A stretch of DNA of 42,259 nt from a bacterium (GTDB taxonomy: Bacteria; SAR324; NAC60-12). Where the stretch lies: contig CBDDTI010000437.1 in assembly GCA_965233585.1 (NCBI GenBank), positions 1 through 42,259 of the forward strand. The letters run 5' to 3'. Shown piece after piece: positions 29,088 to 41,328 of this stretch. Each line of letters opens with the position of its first letter. Within the stretch, counting starts at the first letter, position 1. The notes beneath the pieces were generated by a model that searched no databases, was not told the origin of the DNA, and worked only from the letters and a program-made list of their open reading frames with translations. Made by a program: the position numbers and the translations under genes.

Positions 29088-29843
29088 TCAAATATTGGTA
29101 ATTTGGATGTCACTAAAAGACAGAGATTCAAATCTCCATCCGGAACCTCTCATCAACAAATCCTCTTCTCGACTTATTAAATTGTTTAATAATTTTTGAA
29201 CTTTACCTTTTAACGAGCGAGAAGAATCAAAAGACGTGAATTGAATATAGCCGGTTCTTAAAGCAAAGACATCTCGATCGCTAGGCATTAATTCATGTGA
29301 CGACTGATCAAGACTTTTTTCAGTTGAATTATCAATGTTGCTAACAACCGTTTGAGGCTGTGTTGAAGTATTATCAACAGCGGCTTCCGTCTCAGTGTCT
29401 TTTGTAGCTGAATTTAAATCAGGAATTTGATACGCCGCTGATAAAATTAAAGCAACTTTTACTGTAAAGGTTTTACTCAATTCATGACGAATAACATCAA
29501 CAATTTCTTGTCTATTTGCTCTATTAACAACAAAGGCGTGAAGCGTTTCTGTAGAAAATATATGTTTCCGAAAAATTTTAATTTTACCGTTCAAAGCAGA
29601 TTTAAAAAGAGAATAATTTAAATCTTCTAAATGAGAGGAATCAATGTGAGAGACCAAATCTTTTCTTGATTTAAAGGAACTTAATTCATTCTTACAAAAC
29701 GGACACTGAAGCGATTGATTTAATGGAGTCCGATTTTGGAATTTTGACGATGTTTCACGATGACGAAACGATTCATGTTTGTCTCGGGAAGATTTTCTAG
29801 CAAACGATTTTTGACATTCACGGCAGACGTAGGATTTTGGCAT
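29088..29843 (-). CDS. Two C2H2 fingers plus terminal-protein-like region normally at the pPolB N-terminus
   Basis: CREC..H..H and CPFC..H..H. C-terminal RGSGWRFESL matches the GSGW motif of Polinton pPolB N-terminal regions. Confidence 0.75.
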   Translation of the reverse strand: MPKSYVCRECQKSFARKSSRDKHESFRHRETSSKFQNRTPLNQSLQCPFCKNELSSFKSRKDLVSHIDSSHLEDLNYSLFKSALNGKIKIFRKHIFSTETLHAFVVNRANRQEIVDVIRHELSKTFTVKVALILSAAYQIPDLNSATKDTETEAAVDNTSTQPQTVVSNIDNSTEKSLDQSSHELMPSDRDVFALRTGYIQFTSFDSSRSLKGKVQKLLNNLISREEDLLMRGSGWRFESLSFSDIQITNI

Positions 29844-29958
29844 TTCTGTTAAAATTCTGAAACAAAATTTATTGACGCATGAATTTTGGAAATAATATAT
29901 ACAAACACATTAAAACTATATAGCTCAGACAAAATATAAACAAATTACTTAATACAAA

Positions 29959-30786
29959 TCATTCTTGTCTAAAATGACGCAACAATCTTTGATATTGAGC
30001 ACGTAAGCGTTCGCGTTCACGCTCAAGCATTTGAATGCGTTGACGCAATACGTACTCAGCATAACGATTGAACAAATCATAAGGTGAGCCTCCTTCAGCA
30101 TCGATTAAATCGAGAATGAAAGAGGCTAAACGACCGTCACTCGATCTTTCTAAATTTGAGGGTGCGGGGAAATAATTTTCCTCTTCTATTTCTTCTGCTG
30201 ATCGATTTGGACGTTGATAAGGAGAAGAATATCTTCCGGCCCTACCAACACCACGTCTGACCTCTCGTCCAATCGAGGGTGAAGTCGTTTGATTGAAGGG
30301 GCGATAAATATTTTGTCCCCGACCAACACCACGACCAACGACCGAAGTGTTTGAGGTGTTGCGCTCAGCAAAAATTCTTTGAGACATGGGACTCGATGTT
30401 GAATCATCGACAGCGTTGTTTGATGATGGCGATGTTAAATCATCGGCGGAGTTATTGGTCGATGTTAAATCATCGGCTGGATTGTTATTGATTTGAACCA
30501 TAATTCCAAATCCTTCGGGGTTTACAACTATCGGTTCAGATACTCGACCCCGTTGATTAAACGAGGAAGATGTTGTCTGGCCTCGACCAACACCGCGAGC
30601 AGGGAGAGAGGAACTTGGGCCATCATTTGACCTTAAATCTCCTCGACCTCGTCCAATTGGCACAACCGGTGGAGATGGCGGTGATGTTAAATCATCAGCG
30701 TTTCTTAGATGAAATCTTATTCTTAACCCTGCAGGGCCAAGAAAAACTTGGCGAGGGTTGTTTGAATCATTTGGTGAATTAGACAT
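29959..30786 (-). CDS. Disordered RG-rich protein with DDLTS repeats and C-terminal coiled coil
   Basis: Repeated GRGVGRG and ADDLTS, and C-terminal ERERERLRAQ. A homologous remnant lies at 4146-4624. Confidence 0.7.
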   Translation of the reverse strand: MSNSPNDSNNPRQVFLGPAGLRIRFHLRNADDLTSPPSPPVVPIGRGRGDLRSNDGPSSSLPARGVGRGQTTSSSFNQRGRVSEPIVVNPEGFGIMVQINNNPADDLTSTNNSADDLTSPSSNNAVDDSTSSPMSQRIFAERNTSNTSVVGRGVGRGQNIYRPFNQTTSPSIGREVRRGVGRAGRYSSPYQRPNRSAEEIEEENYFPAPSNLERSSDGRLASFILDLIDAEGGSPYDLFNRYAEYVLRQRIQMLERERERLRAQYQRLLRHFRQE

Positions 30787-30874
30787 TTTAATTACCTTTG
30801 ATAGCAAATGGCAGAAGATCTTCTTTCAACGAATGTTCAAACTTATAATGGATGAATTTGAAAATATGACCGCG

Positions 30875-30924
30875 TTTTTATACAATTTTTGGTGGGAAAT
30901 AGTTTGGCGCATTTACGAGCCAAT
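30875..30924 (-). promoter_or_regulatory. Pol II-type promoter: TATA box, E2F-like site, CCAAT element
   Basis: TATAAAAA on the minus strand (30875-30882), TTTGGCGC (30903-30910) and CCAAT (30920-30924). TATA and CCAAT are conserved in copy A2 (4713-4720, 4765-4769). Confidence 0.55.
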
Positions 30925-31527
30925 TGCATGAGAAAAAATTAATGACAAATTAAGCACAAAAAAATTAAGGATATCCACAGCAAATTACAAATCTTGAGCA
31001 TGAGAAACATTAAGTACTTAGAAAAATTAATGGTGATTTGATCGAGTTTTGACAAATATAATTTGTTACAAATATGAACTAGTTGAATGAGAAAAATTGA
31101 TGGAAAATACACGCACACAAAGAGCACTCATTTTCCGTAATTTTCTTGAACCATTGTTTAATTCACAATTTAACATGTTCAAAAACACAAATTATCCATA
31201 ATTTCCTTAGGGCATTGTCTGTTAACGACTTGACGCGTTATAATTTAAAATGAACCAAAAACATTAATAAGAATTGACCTCAAACGCGTTCAGCATCGTT
31301 AAAATTTACAACCATCAGCGCCATAGCTTATTTATGCTGTGTAACCAATCAAAATTGATGAAACTTATCAGCTACTTGCCCGCGCATGTGGAATTGAGAG
31401 CCCCTTAGAACATTGCCATACTGACACTCCCTTGAACTTAAAAAGATTTAAAAAGAACCTACATTCGATGACAAACGTCAGTACAGATTTATTGTCAGAA
31501 TAAATCACCCGCATTTAAAGCAATAAG

Positions 31528-32741
31528 ATGAAGAAATCACCAGCAAAAAAGAAAAAGTTTAACACAGCCAATAAAAATGGCAAATCGCAAGAGATTGATA
31601 ATAAAGCCGTTGATGATGAGAAGAAAAAAAAGGCTGAAAATACGTCAGAGGCGGAAAAGAAAAATAAAAAGACTAATAAAAAGAAGATTGGTAATGGAAA
31701 ATCCAAGAAGAATACAAATAAAAAACATAAATTGAAATCAGGTAATTTTAATTTTAAGTCGGTTTTTTACACGCTTTACAATTAATTAAAAATTTTATAA
31801 TTAAAGGAAAAAAACAAAAAAGAAACCACGACATTTCGTCATCAGAACCGGAGTCTGTGAATGAAGAAACGGAAGAAGAATCAGAGTCAGAAATTTCGAC
31901 TGTTCAATCTGATGATGATGATGTTTCAACCGATGCGGAGGAGTTAAGCGTTGAAAGTTCAGAAAATGATGACAATGACGACGACGATGATGATGATGAT
32001 GATGATGATGACGAAGATCTTAATGAGCAGACTCAAGACATTTTAGGAAAGAAAAGAAAAAGGTCAAATAAAAAAGGATTGTTGGTGGACAATGAAATCA
32101 ACAATCATGCGGTCTATGAAGGTGCGTCATTGATGTCGTATCAAATTTTAATGGACGAAGATGAGCAAAAGCAATATTTTCGAAATTGGACCACCGAAAA
32201 AATATGCGAGACAAGGGATATCGATTTTGCTGAATGGCAAAAAGAACATTCAACAAGAGAAGCCTACTTTTTTGGTCCAGACAATGTAAGTTTATATTAA
32301 TTTAATTTGATGAATTAAAATAATTTTAATTTTTTTAGTATATGTACATAAATCCAGCCACGCTCAAAAAATTTATTGAGCTGATCAAGACAAAAAAAGT
32401 GGATGAGAAAAGCATCAGCCTTCCAATCAAGCCGATGTACAAGGTAGTATACCTTAATCCGCAAGTGACCGTTGGAATCACCGGGTTGAGGCATATTCAA
32501 AAGGCCGGAGGACTATCAGCCTGGCCGGTGATTTATGTGAAAAAGGAACACGTAAGTACGTCAAATAGCGTGAAAAATTTTATCTAAAAAGGCATTTTTT
32601 CAGTATAACGAAAACAACCAACAGTATTCGACCAAGATTATGAAGATTCAAGTACCGCTAAGAGGGCTGGAGGAAATAACAAAAGCCTTCATGGAATTGT
32701 GTTTTGGCATCAAGAAAAAACTGCCTCATATCCAACAATAA
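31528..32741 (+). CDS. Lys-rich/acidic nuclear protein with globular C-terminal domain, 4 exons, 347 aa
   Basis: Exons 31528-31741, 31807-32285, 32339-32551 and 32604-32741. GT-AG introns of 65, 53 and 52 bp keep the frame. AATAAA follows the stop. Confidence 0.8.
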
Positions 32742-32849
32742 AATAAAACGACCAAAAATGTACATAGGCATGAATGTATTTTGAGAAATAAAATGAAATG
32801 CGCATTTATTTTATTCAAATAAAAATAAAAACTAGATTATATATATATA

Positions 32850-33898
32850 TTATACGGGAGTAGACAGATTTTGCCTGGCACAAAGAGGAGGAGAAGGGTC
32901 ATCGTTTATTGAAGAAGCCGCCGCAGGTTCCGTCCGAGGCATGTTAAATAACGGAGGAATCATGCTTGAAAAATACGGTCGTCTATGATAAACCTAAAAA
33001 TAAATTATATTTAATAAGCGATTTAAAAATAATAATAAATTTCCTACCGTATACTCCGTGTTGGTCGCTTGATCTACTTTTTCGGGAATTGGCAAAAAAG
33101 TAGTTGCGTCGGTCGGCAACGCCGATGCGGTTGACTCAACCGGCAAAATTTCGACGTTTGATTCTTCCACAGCCTCGCCGTTTGTCGATGAATCTGCAGC
33201 AGCTTGTATTGAAATCATTTCAATAGGCTAAAAAAAAATATAGAGTAGACAAAATATTTTATAAAATGCAATAATCATACTTCGACATTAGACGGCTGTT
33301 GGTGGTGATGGCCCAGTCTTCTTAATTTATACATTATTATGGCGAACGTCACAAAAATGAAGACGAACACCAATCCGACAAATATCTTGAAGACATCTGA
33401 AAATAATAAGATATTTGTATAAAATGTTGACTTGAAAGAAAATAATCAATACTTACTGTCAAAAATTGCGAAGTCAAAACCAGCGAAGGAGAAACTATTA
33501 TCTGTGGTTGATACATTAGGTGAAGCAGAAAAGATCGGCGGATTGAAAGTGGTGGCAGAACCGGTGCTTGTTTCCAACACAGGCACGGGTGAAGTCGTAG
33601 TTGAAAGAGTAGAGCTCGTGACAGTGGTAGCAACGGTAGTAGGCAGGACAGTGGTAGTACTGGTAGAAGTTGTGGTGCTTGAAGTGGACGTGGTGCTTGA
33701 AGTGGACGTGGTGCTTGAAGTGGAAGAAGTGGTTGATGCAAAGTCAATCGTAGGCGTGATGGTTGTTTCAGAAGAATTGGAAGAAGCAACAATTTTAGCG
33801 AGAAGATTTTTTAATAAAATGATGTCTTCCTCGCACGAAATTTTTTGTGCCAAATAAAAGACCCAAATGAAAAAGACGAAAATAATGTTGAAGTTCAT
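32850..33898 (-). CDS. Mucin-like type I membrane glycoprotein, 4 exons, 293 aa
   Basis: Exons 33898-33457, 33396-33281, 33227-33048 and 32993-32850. Signal peptide, Thr/Ser-rich stalk, TM IFVGLVFVFIFVTFAIIMY followed by KLRR. Confidence 0.8.
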
Positions 33899-34209
33899 TG
33901 TGTCAGAATTGAAAATTTACTTTGAACTTTGAAATGTCCAAGAATTGAAAATGAAGTGAAGTATTTGAATCGCAAACTTGAAATTATTTATTTTCTATAA
34001 TAAAAGCGGGCGGTCAAACACGCGAACATTTGTACATTTATTATAAATAAAGTTAGAAGTTGTTGTCTAAATTAAATAAAAAGAACTTTTTCATACAATA
34101 AAATGCTTTGAAAGATTCTTTATGAAAAACACTTCGCAAAGGGAGGGTTGAGCGAAATTTACGCAAAGAAACGAGAAAACTCACGCTGAGAATGTAAAAC
34201 ACACCGCGC

Positions 34210-34464
34210 TTACAACACATTTGTATTTTGAGGGATAGAAAAATCTACAGTTTTGTTGTTAACATTTATATTCTTCCATAATTTGTATTCATGTTCAAAT
34301 AAAACGTATAGACCAAGCAGCATTAAAAAAGACCAAAGAAAAACTAAAAGCCAAGGAGAAATGGTGTCTTTTACAAAATAAATATATTTAAAAGGATCTT
34401 CTCCATCTCTATTTCTCCGGACACAATTACGGCGATTGGCGGGAGGCGAGTCGTGGCTCCACAT
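34210..34464 (-). CDS. Small predicted membrane protein
   Basis: TM WLLVFLWSFLMLLGLYVLF; homolog at 2858-3109. Confidence 0.6.
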   Translation of the reverse strand: MWSHDSPPANRRNCVRRNRDGEDPFKYIYFVKDTISPWLLVFLWSFLMLLGLYVLFEHEYKLWKNINVNNKTVDFSIPQNTNVL

Positions 34465-34771
34465 AATTAAAAATGTCGTTGTTTTTCGAACAAAACGTTT
34501 TAGACAAAAACTTGATGGTTATTTTTTTATAATAATGGTACACTCGTAATTCTTTTTGAATGGCAAAAATAATTTGCGCGCGTGTTTCGGAATCATATGT
34601 TGGAATATAAAAGAAACACGTGCGGTCCTTAACGTTTTTACGATACGCAAATACTCGTTGATCCAACGACTTTAGGATTTTGTTGATCCTGTTGAGAAGA
34701 ATTGAGATATTTCGCAACAAAACGTGGGAATTTTTAAAATGTCGATACGTGAGATTGCTGTTGATGACCAT
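34427..34771 (-). CDS. Hypothetical protein (114 aa)
   Basis: ATG-initiated; protein-level conservation with 3202-3450. Confidence 0.6.
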   Translation of the reverse strand: MVINSNLTYRHFKNSHVLLRNISILLNRINKILKSLDQRVFAYRKNVKDRTCFFYIPTYDSETRAQIIFAIQKELRVYHYYKKITIKFLSKTFCSKNNDIFNYVEPRLASRQSP

Positions 34772-35254
34772 GAAGTTGCAGCAAATGTTTATACAAAGAC
34801 GTGTGATGTATTACTGAAATAGTTTATGACATAAAAATAATAAATTTAAAATTAAGCGCGCTCTTTTATTTTAAAATTAAGGATAATAGTCTGCTACTTA
34901 AAAATTAGACACAGCGGCAGAAAAATCATCCAAAAAATCAAAATAAAATCAAACGTGATTTTTTCTGTTAATAAATAATTGCGACATTTGGTTGGGTTGA
35001 GAATCTTTTCGTAAACACCGATAAACAATAACTGTTGAAAAGTTGAACATGTATATATTTTTGATAAAATTATCGAGCGGAAATTATTGTTTATGACAAT
35101 AGCTTTGGTGCGAGTTATGATTTGTTGATGCAAAACGAGTTGCGCTTTAATTTGTGTTTGTTTTGGAGAACGGAAACTTAAACATTGTCGTTCTCAGAAC
35201 CTTTCTTCGCGCCCCCGAACTGATTCAAAACGTGGAAAGTGGGAAAAATTGAAG

Positions 35255-35565
35255 TTGCAAACGGCTTGCAATCGGCTTGCAACAGGCCGATTGCAGACGA
35301 AAACAAGCCGATTACAGGCTCGATTGAGCCTGTTGCAAGCCGATTGCAGACGAAAACAAGCCGATTGCAGGCTCGATTGAGCCTGTTGCAAGCCGATTGC
35401 AGACGAAAACAAGCCGATTACAGGCTCGATTGAGGTTGTTGCAAGCCGATTGCAGACGAAAACAAGCCGATTGCAGGCTCGATTGAGGTTGTTGCAAGCC
35501 GATTGCAGACGAAAACAAGCCGGTTGCAGACGATTACAAGCCGATTTCAGGTTGAAACAGGCTCA
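35255..35565. repeat. Subterminal 53-bp tandem repeat (~5 copies) with internal hairpin
   Basis: CGATTGCAGACGAAAACAAG at 35288, 35341, 35394, 35447 and 35500. CAGGCTCGATTGAGCCTG hairpin in the first units. Confidence 0.9.
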
Positions 35566-36712
35566 ATGTAGATGCCATCAAGGTGTTTTGAGAGCGCATC
35601 AAGATGGTTTTTATCGGTAAACGGATGGTTGAAAGACGGTTTCAGCCTGTTTTAAGGTGTTTTGAGAACGTTTTAAGGTGATTTTAGAGCGTAACAAGCT
35701 CGAATGAGAGTGATGTAGGGACATTACTCCACACAGCTTCTATTCCTTTTAATATTTCGATGATGCGTACCAAGCTTTTTCTTTCTTTATAGACCATTTA
35801 ATAAAGTACTTTCCAAAAAATTTTGTTTATCTCTTCACTGACGCCAATTTAAGAAAAATTCCATAGTTAAAAATTGTTAAGCAGAAAATTATGAATCTTT
35901 TAAGATAAAATAATTTCTCAATTTATAGGCTAGAAGCTTGCTTATTGCCTTCAGAAAATGACCAAAAATTGAATACTTAAAGTACCAATAAAACCCTCAA
36001 ATATTCAAACAATCATTTGAAATTGTGTTTTTAAAAATCTTTAAACTTATAAAATTGATATCAAGACTAATGTAGAAAAAGAAAAAAATCTTTTCAATTG
36101 TTAATCTTTTAAGCTTTGTCCTAACAAGAACCAACAATAGAAAAAAATAGACAAAATTTTAGGGCTTTATTAGCTTTACAACTTTCATCACTACAATATT
36201 TTTGAACTTTATGACAAAACTGAACAAACCTGTTACATTTTGCCTCTCTTACTGCATCCTAGAACTCGTCAGAAGTCCGCCTTGGGGCAATCTACCTAAA
36301 CAAACCATCCAAACATTTTCCATTGAGTTTCAAGCTGAGATTGATCCTTTTTAAAGGATATTGTGAATTATTATTGAATAGATTATAGTCAGAGATATGT
36401 TTTACTCGATTGAATTGTAACAATTTAATGACCTCAATACACTTTTGAACCTCATGACACCAGCAGATGACACCACAAGTCCTTTGTCACTTAGCTATTC
36501 TCTTTGTGGGTAATGGCATGGCTGCTAGTTGTCTCAAAGTGCAACAGATGGCGTTAGTCAATGTTATGTAATATTCCTCTCCCAAACTTTCTCCGTAAAT
36601 CTGAAGCTAGCGCCATTCACAGGATGTTGTCTGAAACTAGAGTCATAAAGAGAATTCAAACAGAGTTAGTGAAGCGCTTCACTTGACTCAAGAGTTGATT
36701 GATGCTCTTCCA

Positions 36713-37928
36713 CACTGTAAAGGTTTACCAGCAGCACTTTACTGACAAATTTGATTACTGGCATAAAATGTACTGAAAATGTCAGTGTGATGGTATAACC
36801 CTTACTCATTACCGACCCCATTAGATGATACATTGCTGCTTTTGCCAGTGCCTTACCATCACATAAAAATAGCAGTGTATAATACTGGCAATGCTTGTAA
36901 AAGAATTTCATGGCATGAGCTTGTAAAATTTACTGATTCTATTGGGCAATCTTTACTGACGTTATCAGTACTTTTTCAGAAATTAGATCAGTGAAGAATC
37001 ACTGGCAATCTCAGTAAGTCTTATCATGCAAAAAAAAGCAATTGGAAAACACTACAGCCAAAACACTGTGAAGTCAACAGATGGCTCTGCAAGTCAGAGG
37101 GCATCTTATGAATGGTTAAACATTGGTCACTCAAGTGTTAGTGGTCAAATTGAAATTTTTTCATTTTCATTTAGTTTAATAAAAACAAATGCTTTTTTTG
37201 TTGCATTACATTTGTGAAGTGATTTACTATAATTTTGCTTATTGGCAATATTTTCAATGTCATTGCGAATGAAGGACTACGGCTAAATGACTTGCAGAAG
37301 GAGTTGTGGGTCCTGAGAAGAATTGATGATATTGTTTCAGGTTTATTAATTGTATTAGTATGGTATTATGTATTGTTTCCATAAGTAGAGCATTACATGT
37401 ATTAATTCCATTAGTTTTGCATTATGTATTATTTCCATTAGTATTGCATTATGTATTGCTTTTATTAGATCAATAATTTAGAACAAAATGTCTGTTCCTT
37501 TAATTATTATTTATTGATTTCATTTTAAATATATGATGAATTTTAATTTTTTATTAAATGTCAGGAAGACAGACTTTAATTTTTCAGTAATCTATACTCA
37601 AAAACTCAAACACACATTACTGACAATGTTGGTGGTTATTGGTGATTCTTAAATTGTGACATTCCATGGTATAAGCCATGAAAATTTACTGGAAAATGAT
37701 TGGTAACTATTACAGGCCATTAGAAGTAACAATCACTGAAAAAAGCAGTAATACGAATTTGTCAGTAAGGTAAGCTTGCCAGTAATATATACAGGCTTTG
37801 CTTGTACACCTAATTTCACTGACAATGTCAGTGTACTGGGAAAAGCAGTAAAAATTACAAGCACTTTACGGGGCTGCAAATTAACACTGATTAAAACAGT
37901 AATGAATACAGGTAAAACATTTACAGTG
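36713..37928. mobile_element. Non-autonomous DNA transposon with CACTG termini (CACTA/CMC-like)
   Basis: CACTGTAAAGGTTTACC ... GGTAAAACATTTACAGTG, with many subterminal TTTACTG/CAGTAA motifs in inverted orientation. No clean TSD. Confidence 0.5.
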
Positions 37929-38010
37929 CTCAACATCTACGATTTGAGCCATGTTATCCAGGTTCACCACTGGGCACAACAACCTTCTCAGACACATGTG
38001 TAAACTTGCT

Positions 38011-38292
38011 GGGGGGGGGGGGGAGTGATGTGTGCAGATTGCGTGGGGAGAGTAAAGAGGATGCCCTATCATGTCAGCTCAGCAGGTTCCTTAGGGAGCC
38101 AACAATTGCTGAGCTGCTGGACCATGATGGGTCAGAACATCCTGAGACTCACCCTGGTCAGCCGGGGTTATCTCTGATGTTGTATTAAACTCACATTGCT
38201 CAGAGAGTCATGAGCACCCTGTCTGGTGCTCGCTCGAGCGGGGTTTGACCTTTTCATGGAGTTCCCCCAGCCATCAATACAACAACAACAAC
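38011..38292 (+). mobile_element. 5'-truncated LINE 3' end
   Basis: Decayed CRLRGESKE resembling an ORF2 C-terminal zinc knuckle, a 3' UTR shared with the SINE at 5615-5920, and a (CAA)n tail. Confidence 0.55.
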
Positions 38293-41200
38293 TACTTCAT
38301 ACATTTTGAGGGCAGCAAAGTGCCATGGGCCTGTTAGGTTTCCTATTAATTTTTTACTCCAAAAAAATTTGTATCAGTAAAACATTTTTTTCCAAGCAGA
38401 TTTGCACATTTGGGACAATATGAAAATATTTTATTTAGCTCTAATTGATCACAGAGCTGCCTGAAGCTTGCAATTTTTTTTTCATTTTAATTCCATATAT
38501 TTGTACTTTTTTAACAGAGCTGTCTATTTTGGTTTATCTCAAACTTTGTCAAACTTATTTAGTGCTAGTAAATACCCACTCACTTTGAATGGAAGATAAA
38601 AAGATTTCTTTTTTTTCCTCTAGATTTTAAGACTTCACAAACTCAACCTGTAGTATACAAAAAGACATGGTATCATTAAAAAGGTTGAATAAGAACAGCA
38701 CTACCAAAAAATAAGTCTTGTGAAAATTCTAGGTGCTAAAGGAAGTAAATTTGAATGCAACATCATAAATTCTGTATGGTCTCAAATTTTATAAAATTAT
38801 TATTTTTGTGAATGTCATGTGAAAGCCTTGCTATTTCATCTATTTTGAAACTACAAAAAACCTTGCAAATGTTAATATTTGGCCTTGTCAAAATTTTTAA
38901 ATATACTTGTCACATTTGATTTATTTAGCTTCAGGTTGTAATCAATCTCCTCTTTTCCCCTAATGCTATTATATTTCTTTCGCAAATCTGAGTGGAATGA
39001 ATCGTGACTAGATCAATTAATAATTTTCATTCAAGTGTATTAAATACTCTATACTACTAATCTCGTTTATTTTGTCATATTTTGATAGGAATACAATTTC
39101 GTGAATAAATCTAACAGACTAGGGAATCTATGAACAAGATTGAAAAAAAAAGAAACAGTTTATCATATTCGTAGTTTGATTATTTTCTTATTACTTTTAT
39201 ACGCTGACGAATGTTCAATTTACACATGTATATTGAGAACCTTTGCAAAGAAAATATGGACAGATTTAATCTGGTACTCAGGGATGGCAAATACTATGAC
39301 GTTGATTATCGTATAAGCGGCAGCAATGCCGTTGTCGGCGGACTGATAATTGCCGCTTGCCGACTGTGCCGCAGCACCCTTGAGCCTAGCCGTCGAGCGG
39401 CCGATCATTGCTTGCTTGCTGGGTTGTATTATTTGTTTATAACTCACGCCATGCGGTGTTCAGCAGTACCAAACGCCTAATGAACGCTTGCTAGAGGTTC
39501 AGCAAATGTGCTGTAGCCGTCCTAAGCCTCAAAACATGATAATAAAATGTCTATACCATATTATGGTTAGCGTAATTCAAATTTGCCGTACTCGTCCGTT
39601 AAGAGTTAAAAGAGAAAATTTTTTGCACGAGATCGGATAATTTCGTTGTAAGTTATCAAGGAATTCAAATATGTATTAAATTTCTTATAACAAATTAAAT
39701 TTCCAATTTATTCGAAATATAAACCATTATTAGATCACAAGCAAACCGTTACACAGATATAGTGAGGCTAAAATTTTCAATAGTTAGTTTGCATATTCTA
39801 TTGAAACTTAGATTGGAAAGTCGGCCAGATCCGCTAACTTTTATGACTAGGATTTTAGGCTAAAAACTGATTAGTGTCGCTCGTCGCTGCCGAGTATCGC
39901 TAATTTGTCCTATTGATTGCTCGTAATTTCGAGAATAGGGTAACGAGACATCGCAATTGAGAATTATTAGAATTTATATTCCAAATATGCATATTTTTCT
40001 CACGTTGTAGCATATGAGACTGTTATAAAACAATTTGAATAAAGAATTGAAAATATTCGAGAGAGATTGAGTTGTTGAAGTGGCGCAAATGCGGGATCGT
40101 GAGTTGGACAAAATTCTCCATAACGGCTTTAGATGGAGGAGCCACGGCTCTGCTGGACGTCTGCCAGCGCATAAACACGCTCAAATGTCGGGCAAAAAGA
40201 ATGCATAAAGTGGCCCATCATTTTGGTTATCAAACTGCTTACAGAACTCCTTATATCGTGGATATACTTGTGGATGCGATTCTCGTAGCCGATACAGTAT
40301 AGTGAGATTCATCTATCAACATCATACTATGATAGACTGAAGAATTCTTGTTAGTTGCTAAAAAGAGATTCTTTTGACTCATCATATTATTATGCTGTTC
40401 ATTTATTAATTTCATATACAATTCAGAATTGAATGAATGAAAGGGTTGAATTTAAGGCATCAATTACAGATGAAATTTAATAATTCATACGTGTAAATTT
40501 TGACTCAGGGTAAGTACAATTTAATATAACCAAGAAGAAAAATACATTGCTCTATTATAAGTTTTTTATAATCCATCAAGGCATTTGATGTATGAGGAAT
40601 ATCATTGCTATAGCACGGATGTGCAGAATGTCAATCATTATAGAATTATACCAAAGAATTTTTCTTCATCAGCATTCAGGTTTATCATCATCTTCGAAAG
40701 AATGTTTGCAACTGACCAAGAGATAATCCAATACATTATCAACATTTCCTCGTAAAATATCAAATACTCGACTCTGCTCTCGACGTTGGGAAATCTTCTC
40801 AGAGAATTTTCTCAAACTCGAATTGGTGAATTGGTATATTTGTGTCATAGGTGAATGAAGAAGTCAGCATGGTAGACAATAATCATTGTTGATGCACTCC
40901 CTTAAGTAGCATCTATTAAACATACAAAGATAGAAGACAGACGCACCTTTTAAACACTGTATTCAGGATTGTGGACTGCCAGTAGTTTGGCTATCCTCCC
41001 ATTGCACCAAACACGTTTCACTGGATGCAGTGGATACCACAACGCGCTGGTCGAAACGCTACACACCACACACTCGCTGGCACACCACACCCACATATCC
41101 CAAGCAGCTCGCAGTGCGATGACGAGTATGTATGATATCACTGTCATCCCTACATACCACGAACCCTTTGACACACCACATACCCACATCCTACACACTC

Positions 41201-41328
41201 CGCAGTGGGATGTACCACTGTCAACCCTATTGTAGCACTTCCTCTATACGATGTATGTGTGTGTATGTAAGCAGCGCAGTTGTATTGTTCTCAACTGACA
41301 ACAATGCGTGATTGCTGCCGTGTTATTG

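Larger units (their letters stand above)
17100..35728. mobile_element. Polinton/Maverick (virus-like element), left end truncated within penton
   Basis: Hallmark set pPolB, rve integrase, A32-like ATPase, adenain protease, major and minor capsid proteins. The right terminus ...ACATTACT is defined by homology to copy A1. Confidence 0.95.

Noticed and set aside
39270..39610. Possible hAT or piggyBac end (CAGGGATGGCAA; AAGAGTTAA)
   Set aside because: No matching opposite terminus or TSD found by eye.
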